A DNA stretch of 64,000 bases from Octopus sinensis (GCF_006345805.1 NC_043000.1:66216001-66280000); one strand, 5' to 3'. Shown: positions 21,580 to 34,524, numbered from the stretch's first letter. Program-made: numbers and translations. Notes: generated by a model not told the origin, from the letters alone.

Positions 21580-21800
21580 CTTACTCAATAAAAACTTAGT
21601 AAACAATCGGAAAATTGCCGATACTTGAAGCTGATTCTGAGGTACTCACTTCCGCTGTGATTTTTCGTTTTGACAGTGTAGCACTGTTGAAGCAATCGCT
21701 ATTTCCGGTTTCACAGTCTCAAACCACTTTTTACATATTAGCAAGTTTCTGAATTACTTCCCTTATTTCGATCTAATGCGGGATCTTCTACGTGTTCGTC
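21580..21800 (-). promoter_or_regulatory. probable COPS7 promoter / first non-coding exon
   Basis: Non-repeat, locally CpG-retaining sequence; ETS-type motifs GCGGAAGT (about 21648-21655) and CCGGAAAT (21701-21708) on the minus strand; consensus donors GAA|GTGAGT (21649) and TGA|GTAAGT (21584). Confidence 0.55.
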
Positions 21801-21856
21801 GGACCTGCTAGAAATAACGACCAAATCTCACGCAAACCACTCCCTCTTGTGTCAAA

Positions 21857-21912
<56 letters not shown>

Positions 21913-22173
21913 AAAATAGACGTTCGCATTGGATAAATTTACATGCAGTTTCTTTTGTACAAAAAGACGGGATGATCTTTGCTTGACTGCCTTTGATTAT
22001 ACGACTGCTGAAATCTTCCTCAAATCATAGCCTGCTGCCTAAAAAGTAGGAAGTTCACATTGGATAAAGCAGTCTCTGTTATACAGAAAAACAAGATGAT
22101 CACTGCTTGACCGCCTTTGATCATACGTCTGTTGACCTGGGGTTAAACAACAACAATTTCCATTATTTGCCTA

Positions 22174-23458
22174 CTAGGGTCAGCTGAAAAGTTCATAGGC
22201 TGATCAAGATACTCTTATGGAATATGCCCAAATGAGAGTAATTTTTCAACATAGTCCCCCTTGCAGTCCATACACTTCTTCCATCAGTGTCACAGTGCTT
22301 GGATTGCATTGGTGAAGAAGCTCTCATCTTGTTGGTCAAAAAAGTTGTCAATGGCAGATGTGACATCATCACTGTGATACTGGCCTCCAGTCAAGTGTTT
22401 TTTCATGTTCAGGAACAGATGATAGCCAGATAGGGCCAAATCATGAGAATAGGGAGGCTGATCAACCAGTTCAAAGCCAGTCATGCACAGCAGCCATTGA
22501 AACCAAGGATTTGTAAGCTGGAGCATTGTCCTGGACAAACAAGACCCCTTTCGTAGCTTTCTTGGATGTTTGGTCTTGATAGCCTTTCATAACTGCATCA
22601 GTAAGTTGGCATAGTATTCTCCTTAATGATGTAGCCCTTTCGAAGATACTCAATGAACACAATGCCTTTTGCATCCAAATAACGGAGGCCATCACCTCCC
22701 CTGCAGATGAAACGATCTTGGCCTTCTTTGAAGCAGGTAAGGAGGGGTGTTTCCACTGCATGGATTGTCTCTTTGTCTCTGACTCATAGTGATGAAGCCA
22801 ACTCATCCTGGGTTAGGAAACGTTCAAGGAAACCACCTGGATTTGCTTCAAACAATGACAGATTTTCCTGTGATGTGATCAGCTTGGTGCACTTTTGATC
22901 AGGTGTCAGAAGACATGGCACCCACCAAGCAGATATCTTCATTATGCCAAGTGCAGTGTGCAGAATATTCTCAACTCTCTTGCTGAATATACTAATAGCA
23001 TTGAATATTTGATTTATAGTCAATTGCCTGTCATCCATCACCATGTGGTGAACATGATCAATGTTTTCTTCAGTGGTGGCTGTTGCAGGATGTTCAGACC
23101 TTGGGTGGTCTTTAAAACTCTCCTCTCCTCTCCTAAATTCAGTTGCCCACTTTTGCACTATTGATGAAGCTGGAGTGTCATCCCCTAATATAGCAACCAT
23201 GTCAGCATGAATGTCTTTGGGGAATAGATCTTTTTTCTGCAAATATTTGATAACACTATGATGCCAAATTTTGTCCATTTTCAAGAGAAGTTGCTGCTAG
23301 TTACTTTTGAAGTCTTTTTTGAACAGTCAGATCTTGAAAGTTTACTTAGAAAGGAAGAATACAGTTATTAATAAGATGCATTGAAATGAATGCATGCAAA
23401 ATTTCACAGCTGTAGTGTCACTCCTTAGTCAGCCTATGAACTGTTCAGTCCATCCTTG
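22174..23458 (-). mobile_element. full-length degenerate mariner element (about 1.29 kb)
   Basis: TIRs (CTGAAAAGTTCATAGGCTGA / TCAGCCTATGAACTGTTCAG), TA flanks; frameshifted transposase with WVPCLLT, TQDE, QDNAPAY and PPYSHDLA motifs. Confidence 0.92.
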
Positions 23459-23485
23459 TATGTCAATCCTGTTCAAAGAGAGTTC

Positions 23486-23510
23486 ACACACACACGCATG
23501 CATGCACACA

Positions 23511-23594
<84 letters not shown>
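23486..23594. repeat. (CA)n microsatellite
   Basis: direct reading. Confidence 0.95.
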
Positions 23595-23598
<4 letters not shown>

Positions 23599-24319
23599 AT
23601 TTCAGTTATTGGACAGTAACCATGCTGGGGCACTACACTGAAATTTTTTGTATCAAAAGCTGGTATTTTAGCAAGAAATATGATAAATACTGATATAAAG
23701 AAGTACAGTGAATTATAGTACTGTTAATACGAAAATTGTAAGTGATGATGATGATGAGGACGGCAGCAGTTCTTTGTATCCAAAAATCTCAATGAAGAGT
23801 GGCAAGCCCTTGGGTAGTTTAGTAAACTGATCCTTGAATGACAAGCTCTGGTACTATTGGGGCAAATATGTAGGCTTTGATCAGATGGAGGTTGTGATGA
23901 TGACTTTTCCCTTCCACTGCCGTGGCTCTGGTTTTCTCAAAGTTGCACTGATCTGGATGCAGTGTTGCCACACCTCCCTCTGTACTGCAACACCCTTCCA
24001 CCCTGTACAATTGATGCAAAAACAAGTTATTAAAAACCTACTTCTAATAATATTCTCTAATTTGCTATTGCAGTTTAAACTTAATGTTATTATATAAGAT
24101 TTAATTTGAAAGAATTTGAAAATTTATTATCCCTTTTGATATGCATATTTAAAAATAAATCATTTTAATCTGTAATATTTCACAAACATGCACCTTTAAA
24201 AACTATTAATCATTTCAGCAAAAACAACTGTTGATCTCAACCAAAAATAAAACTATTGAAAACACTTAAAATTTTTATTAAAAAAAAAATTATTTTATTT
24301 ATTTATTGTTTTTGTCTTT

Positions 24320-24735
24320 GGTCAGTAAGTGTTATTTCCTGTTTGCTTCTAACTAGAAATCAAAGGAAATGACTATTATTCTTTTCAAACTTTGCTTTTG
24401 TGGCTTGGACATCAATGTTTTGAAACTAATCTATTTTCCATTACATTTCAGACAGATTCAGCGCTGAATGCTGAAACAGAAATATCATTATAGCAAATAG
24501 TCTGCTCAGTACCACAGATTTCCTTGTCAGTTGCTTGACCATAACCACTTCAGTATGTCACTTAGTGGCTGACGATAAGTGCATCTTTGATGAAGAGCAA
24601 AAGTAGTGTGTGCTGAGAAGGATTCTTTGGGGTTTGAATAAATGTAACAAAAGTAAAGTTTGAAAGAAATATTTGCCATTTTTCATAGTTTCTAGAGGTA
24701 AGCAAATAGGAAGTAACAGTTGCTACTCAAGCACA
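24320..24735. mobile_element. MITE-like element with long imperfect TIRs
   Basis: About 24333-24400 is inverted at about 24647-24717; right half is repeated at about 4970-5175. Confidence 0.6.
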
Positions 24736-24846
24736 AAAGTCATATTACACAGTGTAATCACTACTAAAAATTAATAATCATCGGTGATTTCTATCAAAAA
24801 TAAAAAAAAAAAAACAGTGTTGATCTTGTAGCAAAAACTCAACAGA

Positions 24847-27398
24847 GTGATAGATGGAGTTGATGTGGTGATGGGGATGGACGCCATCAACTGCCTCGGT
24901 GGCGTCAGTGTTGTGGGAAATGAGGTCACGTTCGGAAGCGTGGGGGCGTTGTGCACTGCGAGTCAGGATCACCAGAGAGAGCAGAGCCCCGCGAGGGACT
25001 GCGCCGCTTACACCATCGAGGACAAAGACTTTCAGGTGGCGTTCGATGGTCAGCGGTGGATGATAGAGTGGCGATGGAAGGACGAGCCCCCGACGCTGGA
25101 AAACGGGGTGAGCTGTTACCAGCATACCCTGAAAGGCCACGCCAGGGTCGAGTTTGAAGACGAGGTGGAAAGGTGGATCGAGGAAGGGGTCCTTGTCCCT
25201 TGGAAGGAGGAGGTAGCGGGCGGAGTGCTACCCCTGATGGCGGTGGTGCAGCCTATGAAGGGAAAAGTCAGACCGGTGCTGGACTTCAGGGAGCTAAACC
25301 AGCACATATCGTGTCACACGGGAGGTGAGGCGACAGACGTTTGTGGCGAGGCATTACGTAGGTGGAGACAGTCGACTGAGGCAGCGACAATTGTCAACTT
25401 GAGATCGGCATACTTGCAGCTCCATGTGAGCGACAAACTGTGGCGATATCAGCTGGTGCGGTACAAGGGCCGGACGTACTGTCTAACCAGGCTGGGTTTC
25501 AGGCTGAATTCCGCTCTGAAGATCATGGCGGCAGTGCTTAGGTCTATCCTAGGGAAAGACGGCAAGATCAGAAAGGCCACCAGCTCCTACATTGACGACA
25601 TTTTGGTGGACGAAACTGTAGTGCCAGCCGACGAGGTAGTTAGACATCTAGAGAAGTTCAGACTGATTGCTAAGCCACTGGAGTCGATTGAAGGGGGAGC
25701 TGCGCTGGGGCTTAAGCTGCGAAGAGATGGATCAGGTGAATTGGTGTTCCGGAGAGGAAATGAAATCCCAGAGCTGAGTTCCAGTGTCAGCAGGAGAGAG
25801 CTGTTCTCGGTGTGTGGGAAGTTGGTCGGTCACTACCCGATCGCTGGATGGCTGCGCACGGCGTGTAGTTAAACCAAGAGACGAGCAGAAGGAGAGAGGT
25901 GGGGCAACAAGGTGGAAGAAGGGACAGTGGCGATGATGCAGGAAATCCTAGAGAGGATGAGAGCGGAAGACCCGGTCAGGAGGAACTGGTACGTGCCCAA
26001 GACGGAATGCAGGACCGTTTGGTGTGATGCTAGCAGTATAGCGATAGGGGTGGTGTTGGCAATTGAAGGCGCTGTGTTGGAGGACGCGGCCTGGCTTCGG
26101 AAAGCAGATGATTTCAACCACTGCTGAAAGGGGTGAACTTGGCCTTGAAATGGGGGCTGCGCACGATTGAAATCCGGACGGATTCAGCCACTGTGCTTGG
26201 CTGGGTAGGATCGGTGATCACCAGTGACAGGAGAGTGCGGACAAAAGGTGCTGCGGAGATGTTAGTGAAGCGCCGTCTAGGAGTTCTAGGTGAATTGATC
26301 ACCGAGTTCGGACTGAAGCTGAACGTGGTTTTCGTGCCTTCGGAGAAAAACAGGGCGGACGTACTGACCAGGGTGAAAAGAGCGTGGTTGGAAGAACCGG
26401 AGGAGGCCCGGAAAGGGATAGCTGCGGGGTGTTGGTTGGATGACTCTGAACTGAAGAAACTGCATGCTATGCATCACCTGGGTGTGGACAGGACCCTGTA
26501 TCTGGCGAAGAAAATTGATGCTGACGTCACTAGGAGAAGTGTCCGGAAGGTGGTCGGGAGCTGTGACAGGTGTCAGTCCATCGACCCTGCTCTGTGTGGG
26601 CATGAACAGGGAAGCCTTTCCGTGGAGCAGAACTGGAAAAGGCTAGCTGTGGATGTGACACACTACCGTCAGCGAATGTACCTCTCCATGGTCGACTGCG
26701 GGCCAGGCCGGCTGGCCATTTGGAGGGAGTTGAGATCGGGCATTGCTGACGAGATCGCGCAGATCCTGAACGGGATATTTTTAGAGAGAGGTCCCGTGGA
26801 AGAACTACTGATGGACAATGGGGCGGCGTTTTGTTCGGAAGCATTGAGGGTTATGCTTGATTGGTGGAATGTGCGACGCTTGTTCAGAGCAGCATATAGG
26901 CCGAGCGGTAACGGGATCGTGGAGAGGCACCATTGGACAGTCAAGGCCATAGCGGAAAGAGGGCACATTTCACCACTTGAAGCAGTTTTTTGGTACATCT
27001 TGTCTCCCCAATCCGGACAGGCTGAGGAATCTGTGCCGCAGAGAGCTGTGTTCAAATATGAATGGAGGCACCTGAGCAAAGTGCCGGAGGGTCACGAGGA
27101 AGAGAAGGGACCCGTTTGCGTGAAAATAGGGGAGGAAGTCTGGGTCAAGCCACCAAAGGCGCGCTGTACATCTCAATGGAGCAGAGGAACGGTGACGGCA
27201 ATCAATTCCAGAAACAACGTATCCGTAGATGGAACACCATGATACGTCTTGGACCTTCGCAGGATTGTCGCTTCGACGGACAATGATTCTGGAGAAGGGG
27301 AGAATGAGGAGCCCAGCTTGAGAAGATCTCAACGAGCAAGGCGCTCTCCCGGTTGGATGGTGGACTACGACATGGAGCGGAGAGATTGTGATCTTTAA
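24847..27398 (+). pseudogene. Gypsy pol with three visible lesions
   Basis: In-frame stop 25870-25872, deletion/frameshift near 26121, stop 27240-27242; natural end LRRSQRARRSPGWMVDY...TAA at 27396-27398. Confidence 0.88.
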
Positions 27399-27411
27399 GA
27401 TCAGGGTGGCG

Positions 27412-27690
27412 TGTGGGATGACGTCAGCAGCTAGGTGCATTGACCGGAAGCTGGGGCAACTGGAAGGGGTCAGCCGTCAGGTGTGCGCAGGGAGCGGTCA
27501 ATTGGGGCTTTCCAACGTGGGTCATGCAGGTGACAAGACGTGTGAGGACGTCGCTAAGGGTTTGGGCTAGCAGCTGCTATCGTTAGTGTTCGGGTCTGTG
27601 TGGAAGGACTAGTCACCACTGGAGGGTCTCCGTCACTAAGAAGAGAAAGTAGGTGCCTTTATATTCAAATCGCGCACACAACACACTACA
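27412..27690 (+). repeat. 3' LTR of the Gypsy element
   Basis: Starts TGTGG right after a purine-rich tract; ends CTACA where GC content drops; no 5' LTR in the window to confirm. Confidence 0.7.
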
Positions 27691-28489
27691 TCATATACAT
27701 ACATGTTATTTATCAAAAGGATGTATTATAACACTATTCCACATGTACAAAAATAACCATACCAACAATCCAACATACCTCCATCATCAGCTGCCCCATA
27801 GATATCATTATGGTTTCAATACCTGGGCAGTACCATTCAATCCGGCAGTGTCAACAGCAAGAAAATAAGTGTAGTTTCGGAACAAACATACCAAAGAAAC
27901 CTCAACTTTCAAACACATTTATTCTAAGTACAACAGTATTGGTAAATAAATTCAATAAGTAAATCAATAACTAACTCCTAAATATGTAACTAAACAGTGA
28001 CCAAACCTTTAAGTCATACATTTTATTCCCTACAGTCTTCCATAGTATACTAAATGTGAATGCTTAATAACCACATTCATTCAATCTAAATATAGGCAGG
28101 ATTAAATACTAACTTTAAAATTAAACTACAACAAAGAAACACATAAATCTATGTACATCTGTATCAAATTTTCAATAAAGCTAATAGAGGTAAAAGAGCT
28201 GCCATATGAAAATATGGTTTGACCAATCAGCACTCGCTGAGGCACCAACTTCCAAAATAAGTATGCAAGTTTTCCTGCTAAATGGACCGTAAAACCTTCT
28301 GGGCCAACAGGTGAGAAAATTCAACTTAGACTGGAGCTATCCCAGCTTTACACTGGCCATGTTGCTTTTACTCCATATGATAGTCTCTCAAAGGTATGAT
28401 CTTTATATAATAAAATTTTTGGTGGGAATAATACCAATTTTCTTTAATGAACTGAATCAGTTATAGTAAAAAATCAGAAATGAGCAAAC

Positions 28490-28822
28490 AAACCACATGG
28501 TTCCAGGTTCAGTCCCACTGCGTGGCACCTTGGGCAGTGTTCTACCATAGCTTAGGCTGACCAGAGCCTTGTGAGTGGATTTGGTTGACGGAAACAGAAA
28601 GAAGCCCATCGTGTGTGTGTGTGTGTATTTGTATGTCTGTGTTTGTCACCCCACCATTGGCAACCATTGTTGGTGTGTTTATGTCCCCGTTTGGAAAAAG
28701 GGACTGATAGAATAAGTACTAGGCTTATAAAGAATAAGTCCTGGGGTCGATTTGTTTGACTAAAGGCAGTGCTCCAGTATGGTTGCAGTCAAATGGCTGA
28801 AACAAGTAGAAGAATAAAAGAA
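28490..28822 (+). mobile_element. tRNA-derived SINE copy
   Basis: Matches the 37978-38399 family. Confidence 0.85.
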
Positions 28823-29133
28823 TATGTAAATACATTGCTGTGGTAAATAAAATATATAGAAATTCAGTCAAGCTTTAGTGTGTTTGTTAGCATCACATGC
28901 ATCCTATCAACCTACTTGGCATTGAGAACAACTAGAGAAGATAGATGAGCAAACAAAACAATAATAGAAACCATAGAGTGAAAGAGAAAACTACTCAAGC
29001 ATAAACCTTGGCTCTGTTACTGCAGAAATGAGATGTATCCACTCAAAATTTCATTACCTTTAACCGCAGAAAGTCAGTTTTTTTATACCAAGCTATCTTT
29101 TACTGAAGAATGTTATGTTTGAAACTAATTTTT

Positions 29134-29494
29134 ATACTACTACTACTACTACGATTATTACTACTACTACTACCACCACCACTACTACCACAGATATATA
29201 ACACACCAGATATAAAGTCGTCGTCGTCTTCTTCTTCTTCTTCTTCTTCTTCTTCTTCTTCTTCTTCTTCTCTTCTTCTTCTTCTTCTTCTTCTTCTTTC
29301 TTCTTCTTCTTCTTCTTCTTCTTCTTCTTCTTCTTCTTCTTCTTCTATTTCTTCTTCTTCTTCTCTTCTTCTTCTATTTCTTCTTCTTCTTCTTCTTCTT
29401 CTTCTTCTTCTTCTATTTCTTCTTCTTCTTCTTCTATTTCTTCTTCTTCTTCTTCTTCTTCTTCTTCTTCTTCTTCTTCTTCTTCTTCTTCTTC
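29134..29494. repeat. compound trinucleotide microsatellite: (CTA)n/(CCA)n, then a long interrupted (TTC)n
   Basis: direct reading; explains ORF 29110-29544. Confidence 0.95.
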
Positions 29495-30138
29495 GTGGGG
29501 GTTGTCAGCTAATGTCTATCCTTAGAAAGGAGAAAGAAAACTAGTAATTACTAAGAGAATGTTTGTACACAGCAATTCAAATATTCTGTTAAGATGAAGT
29601 ATAATGACCTTGAGAACAAAATCTCTCTTAACAGTGTTAACCCAAATGTGTTCTATATAAGATACATTTGATTGCATAACTTTTCAGTCTATGAGGATAG
29701 CCAAGGTACTCTTGAGACTTACTCAGCTTTTCAAATCTCTTGGCTAAATCTGAGAAAAAGCTTTCATTGGTAGTGAAGTCCATTAACTAAATGCCATCAT
29801 AGCCTAGAGAGAACAGATAATATCTACTTTGGTCAGCTCTAGAAGAAATATTGGAGGTATCATCTATTACTTTATGTAATTCTTACAGGAAAACAACACC
29901 CAGAAAGTTTTTACAATTGACATTTATCAATATTCAGAACAGAATCAAACCAAAGGCTATTATTACAGACTTCATTTTACTTTTTAAACTCATTTCAATA
30001 TTTGTTATATCAATATTTTCCACATAGGCAATGCAGAATAAATGTTAAACATTGTAATGCTAAGTTATTATGATATACTGCATTACATAATATTTCTAAA
30101 GACATTTTAACTAACAACAATAAACAAATGTATATGTG

Positions 30139-30271
30139 TGGTTGTGTGGTAAGAAACTTGGTTCCAGCCGCATGGTTCCAGGTTCAATCCCACTACATGG
30201 CACCTTGGGCAAGTGTTTCTACTATAGCTTCAGGCTGACTGAAACCTTGTAAGTGGATTTGGTGGAGCCTG

Positions 30272-30303
<32 letters not shown>

Positions 30304-30305
30304 CT

Positions 30306-30345
<40 letters not shown>

Positions 30346-30572
30346 TGTGTTTGTCTTTGTCTTTGTATTTATAATCCCACCATCACTTGACAACCGATGT
30401 TGGTGTATTTTCATCCCCATAACTTAGCAGTTTGGCAAAAGACACCAATAGAATAAGTATTAGGCTTAAAGAAATAAGTACAGGGGTTGATTCATTTGAC
30501 TAAAATTCTTCAAAGTGGTGCCCCAGCATGGCCCATTCTGTCTGAAAGAAGTAAAAGATAAAAGGTAAAAGG
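30139..30572 (+). mobile_element. tRNA-derived SINE copy with internal (TG)n
   Basis: Matches the 37978-38399 family. Confidence 0.85.
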
Positions 30573-31897
30573 TTTCAATATATATTTTATATCAATATTA
30601 TCCATGTTTTTACAGAAATTTTGCGAAGTAAATGGTAAAAATTGTAACACTAAGTTATGATATACTGCATTACATAATATGTCTAAAGAGATTTTAGCTA
30701 GCAGTGTATGTTAATACAACAGACAAATAATAGGCAAATGTATACATCATGTCTCTATATACATTATCTTCATAAACAGAATCGAGGATCAACCAAATTA
30801 ACTTCAAATCTATGTTAAGATTTCATTAGTGACTGAATACCCTTCTTTAATTGTTCATGGAGACACTGCTTAAAACTTCATAGACTAACATGGGCTGAAA
30901 TAATTAAGATAGATCAAAGGATATATTCCATATTATAGTATAGCATTACACCAAAACACTGTTAACGCAATAGTAATTTATTAATCAAATTACTTCCCCA
31001 AAATGCATGATATATGCAAATTGGTCTTTGCTGTTTGCTTTAGCCTGTAGTAATTGTGAGCTTACAAGCTGCATCTCTATAATCAGTTTAAGAGAATACT
31101 TGGTCATAGATGAAATCCCAACACAGACTGCAAATAAGTCTGGCTGATTCCTCTTTTTCTGTCTATGAAGATATAGTATATAAAGAGAAGGTGTTCATTT
31201 CCATACATATATTCAATAGTCTTTTGTCTAACATTTATAGATAGAGTAGTACTGTGTAGCTGAAAGAAAACATATTTAATGCACCAGTAATTTATTAATA
31301 AAATTAAGTCCATGATCCTGTTTGACTCTTTGTTAAATCCATTTGACCTCACTTTTGTTACTGATGTATGTACGGAAAAAAAAATTAACAAACATTACAA
31401 CATTCCATTCTCTTCCCTTATAAATAAACATGGGCCTTTTGTATTATCAAAGAGAAATAATTTTAATGAATCTTTGAAAAGAAATAGCTTAATAAATTAT
31501 TTACATACCATGAGCAGCATGACACCTGTACATGTCTCTCTATCATATTTTAACTTACTGTCAACTGGCATAAAACCACTTCTTTCAATACTACACATCC
31601 TCAGTTGAGGGGTCTTCTTTTATGAGTTATTTGATGATCTCACTGGTGCTGGTGCCACATAGAAAGCACCACCCAGTACACTTTGTAAAGTGGTTGGCAT
31701 TAAGAAGGGAATCCAACTATAGAAGCCATGTCTAAGCAGGCAGCATGGAAAACAGATGTTAAATGGCAATGATGATGATGATAATGGTGATGATGATGAT
31801 GACGATGATGACAATGATGTGCGTGCGCACGTGTGTATAAGAGATGTACTTTCGTAGCAAGTGACTTGATTTGAGATCATGCGCTCAAAACAAAACC

Positions 31898-32021
31898 AAT
31901 TGCAGCGTGGAAGATGTTTGTAAGCCATTGAAGAACATACGAATAAATTTAAATGTTGAAGTGAAACTAACGGTCTTTGTGTGTTCTTGAATGGCTTACA
32001 AACATCTTCCATGCTGCAATT
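31898..32021. repeat. inverted repeat, 43-bp arms (40/43), 38-nt spacer
   Basis: 31898-31940 versus the reverse complement of 31979-32021. Confidence 0.9.
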
Positions 32022-32638
32022 ATATATATATATATATATAAAATACACATTAAGTACAAGATATCACGAAAGAGTAAAAAATATGTAAACACATAGAGAT
32101 AAGTACAGAAGAAAATACCAAAAGATGTCTAATTCCTCCTCAGTTGTCAACTTTTTTACTACTTCCTATTTCGTGCTTATAATGACAAGATAGGAAAACT
32201 TTATAAGACAGCAGCCTCCAGAAACTTTTAAAATATAAAATTTGTGGAGAGTTAGGGCTTCCAACGAACAAACAACAGATGGGATGTACAAGGTAACCAA
32301 TCGACAAAGACAAACATTATGGAATGTTAGGCCAAGACAAATTATAATGGGTAACACCTGGGAGAAATTTTTAAAGGAAATAACATAAATAGAAGAGGAG
32401 AAAATAGTAGAAAAGAAAAAAATGTTGGGAGGCAAGAGAAATGACATCTATCCCAGTGGACGTCTTGTCCAGAAAAGACAGGGGCAAGAGAAATGGCCTG
32501 TAGTCAAGTGTGGGCAACAGGCAGAGGGGAAGAGAGGATGAAGGAAAGAAACAAAGGGAGTGAAGAGAAGGGAGAAGGAATGAAAGATAGTGGGGAGTAG
32601 GAGAAAGAGGACAACAAAGAAGGAGAGGGAGAAGTGTA

Positions 32639-32669
<31 letters not shown>

Positions 32670-33569
32670 TATGCATGCGCGCATGCACACACACATAAGA
32701 TATAAGGATGTAAGGTGCAGGTGTGAATCTGTCATAAGAAGTTTGTTGCCCGACCACATGACTTTGGATTCAGTCTCACTGCATAGTACCTCAGGTAAGC
32801 GTCTTCAACTATAACCCCAGGCTGACCAAAGCCTGCTTTTGAGTAGATTTGGTAGACAGAAGCTGAAAGAAGCCCATCGTACATCATATAATTCTTCTTG
32901 TTACTCTATTAATAAGTTAGCTGGTGTGTTACACTCTGCCTGTTTGCCACTGATCTTGCTTGGATCAAGATACCACATGAATTAGCAGTAAAGGCCTATC
33001 AATGCAAAACATATAGAGAGAAGCTATTTAATTAACATTAAATGAACTTAAACCTTTTAGTATTCAAAACAGCCATATCTGGCACAAATATTCCATCACT
33101 TTTATGTTCAAACTGACCAGATCCAGCCTCTCACATCTATCCTACAATGTCATTCTAAAAATAAACAATCACATCATTGAAGTCTCAAAGCTACAAGATA
33201 ATGTATGATTAATTCAAAATGATGTGAAAAATAAACATTACATTTGAATGTCAAAGAGCTAAGGAAAACTTTATATTGTAAAAACTTTATATTGTAAGTT
33301 ATTGCATTTATGAATTGTTACTTTGCTTGTGTTTTTCTGTTTTTCCATCTAACTTTTATACTTGTGGCTTTGCTTGGATGACTTTAATGAATTATTGTGA
33401 CATATCCCCATTTCTGGTTTTAGTGCATCTGTACCATATATTTATATTTAGCATCTGTACCATATCTGTACCATATATTCATATTTGCTTTACAATTATT
33501 ATAAGTAATGTGTTTAAATGAATGTATATAGGGAGAATTCATATAGGGAGTGGTCAGTGCTAGTGTGTG

Positions 33570-33722
33570 CATGGTAGTCTGATGTGATGTGGTGTTGTGT
33601 GGTATGGTGTTGTGTGGTGTGGTAGTGTGTGGTGTGGTGTGGTGGTGTGTGGTGTGGTGGTGTTGGGATGTGGGGAAGGTGAGGGTGGGGTGTGGGTAGA
33701 AGTGGGGTAGGTGGGAGTGGGT
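33570..33722. repeat. (GTGTG)n / G-rich low-complexity tract
   Basis: direct reading. Confidence 0.85.
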
Positions 33723-34485
33723 ATAAGAAAATCACATATATTTTAATATTAAATTATTGTATTCATATTTAATGAACCAAGTCAATTGTTGCTTTCATTT
33801 GAATCACTCAGATTGCAAACAACCGTTAATGAGAGAGATGATGCTTGAACAGAAATTGATCTAGCTACAGTAAAACTTCATCATGAACAAATTTTCACCA
33901 AAAATCTAGTTAAAGAATTTACTGTAAAGTAATGCACACACCAGAAGTTATTGTTGCATTTCCCATGTTGCTCTGTGGTAAAACAATGCTTTTCATGCAG
34001 ATTGCTTACTTCATAGAATATCCAGAGGTCCAGTTAGTGTAACAGGTTTTGTCAGTTCTTTGATGACACTTCTTTCAAGAGCTCTAAATTTTTTCTTTTT
34101 TTTTTACCTTTCTTTTCAGATAAATCATTTCAGACATCAGGTTGATTCTGCAAATGAAAAGACATGCTGTAATCATTGCCTTAAAAGTGCAACATTGTGA
34201 TAGAGAGATAGCTTGCTTCCCAAAAGTTGCCTGATCATTCATTATCAAAGTTTGAAAAGAGCTAGAAGCTGCTGACAGGGATCAAGAAAGTGACAAGGCT
34301 GGCCATTTGAAATACTGGTACTACTCATTTTTGCCAGCTGAATGAACTGGGGCAATGTGACATAAAGATTCTTGCTTAAGGACAACATGCCACCAGGAAT
34401 TGAACTCATGACCTTATGATTGTGAGCCAAATATACTAACCAATAAGCCATGTGCCTTCACCACACACACACAGACACACACACA

Positions 34486-34524
<39 letters not shown>

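Larger units (their letters stand above)
24847..27690 (+). mobile_element. 5'-truncated Ty3/Gypsy LTR retrotransposon (end of protease, RT, RNase H, integrase, PPT, 3' LTR)
   Basis: RT motifs RPVLDFRELN and YIDD; RNase H WCDASS; integrase HH-CC and D-D(35)E (AVDVT, LMDNG, GIVER); Gypsy domain order; GC-rich. Confidence 0.95.

Noticed and set aside
29110-29544. 144-aa poly-Ser/Leu ORF with signal-peptide look
   Set aside because: Translation of (CTA)n and (TTC)n microsatellites.
32130-32180. Possible permuted hammerhead (minus-strand GAAA...CTGAGGA)
   Set aside because: I could not build the required helices; the surrounding repeat is unclassified.
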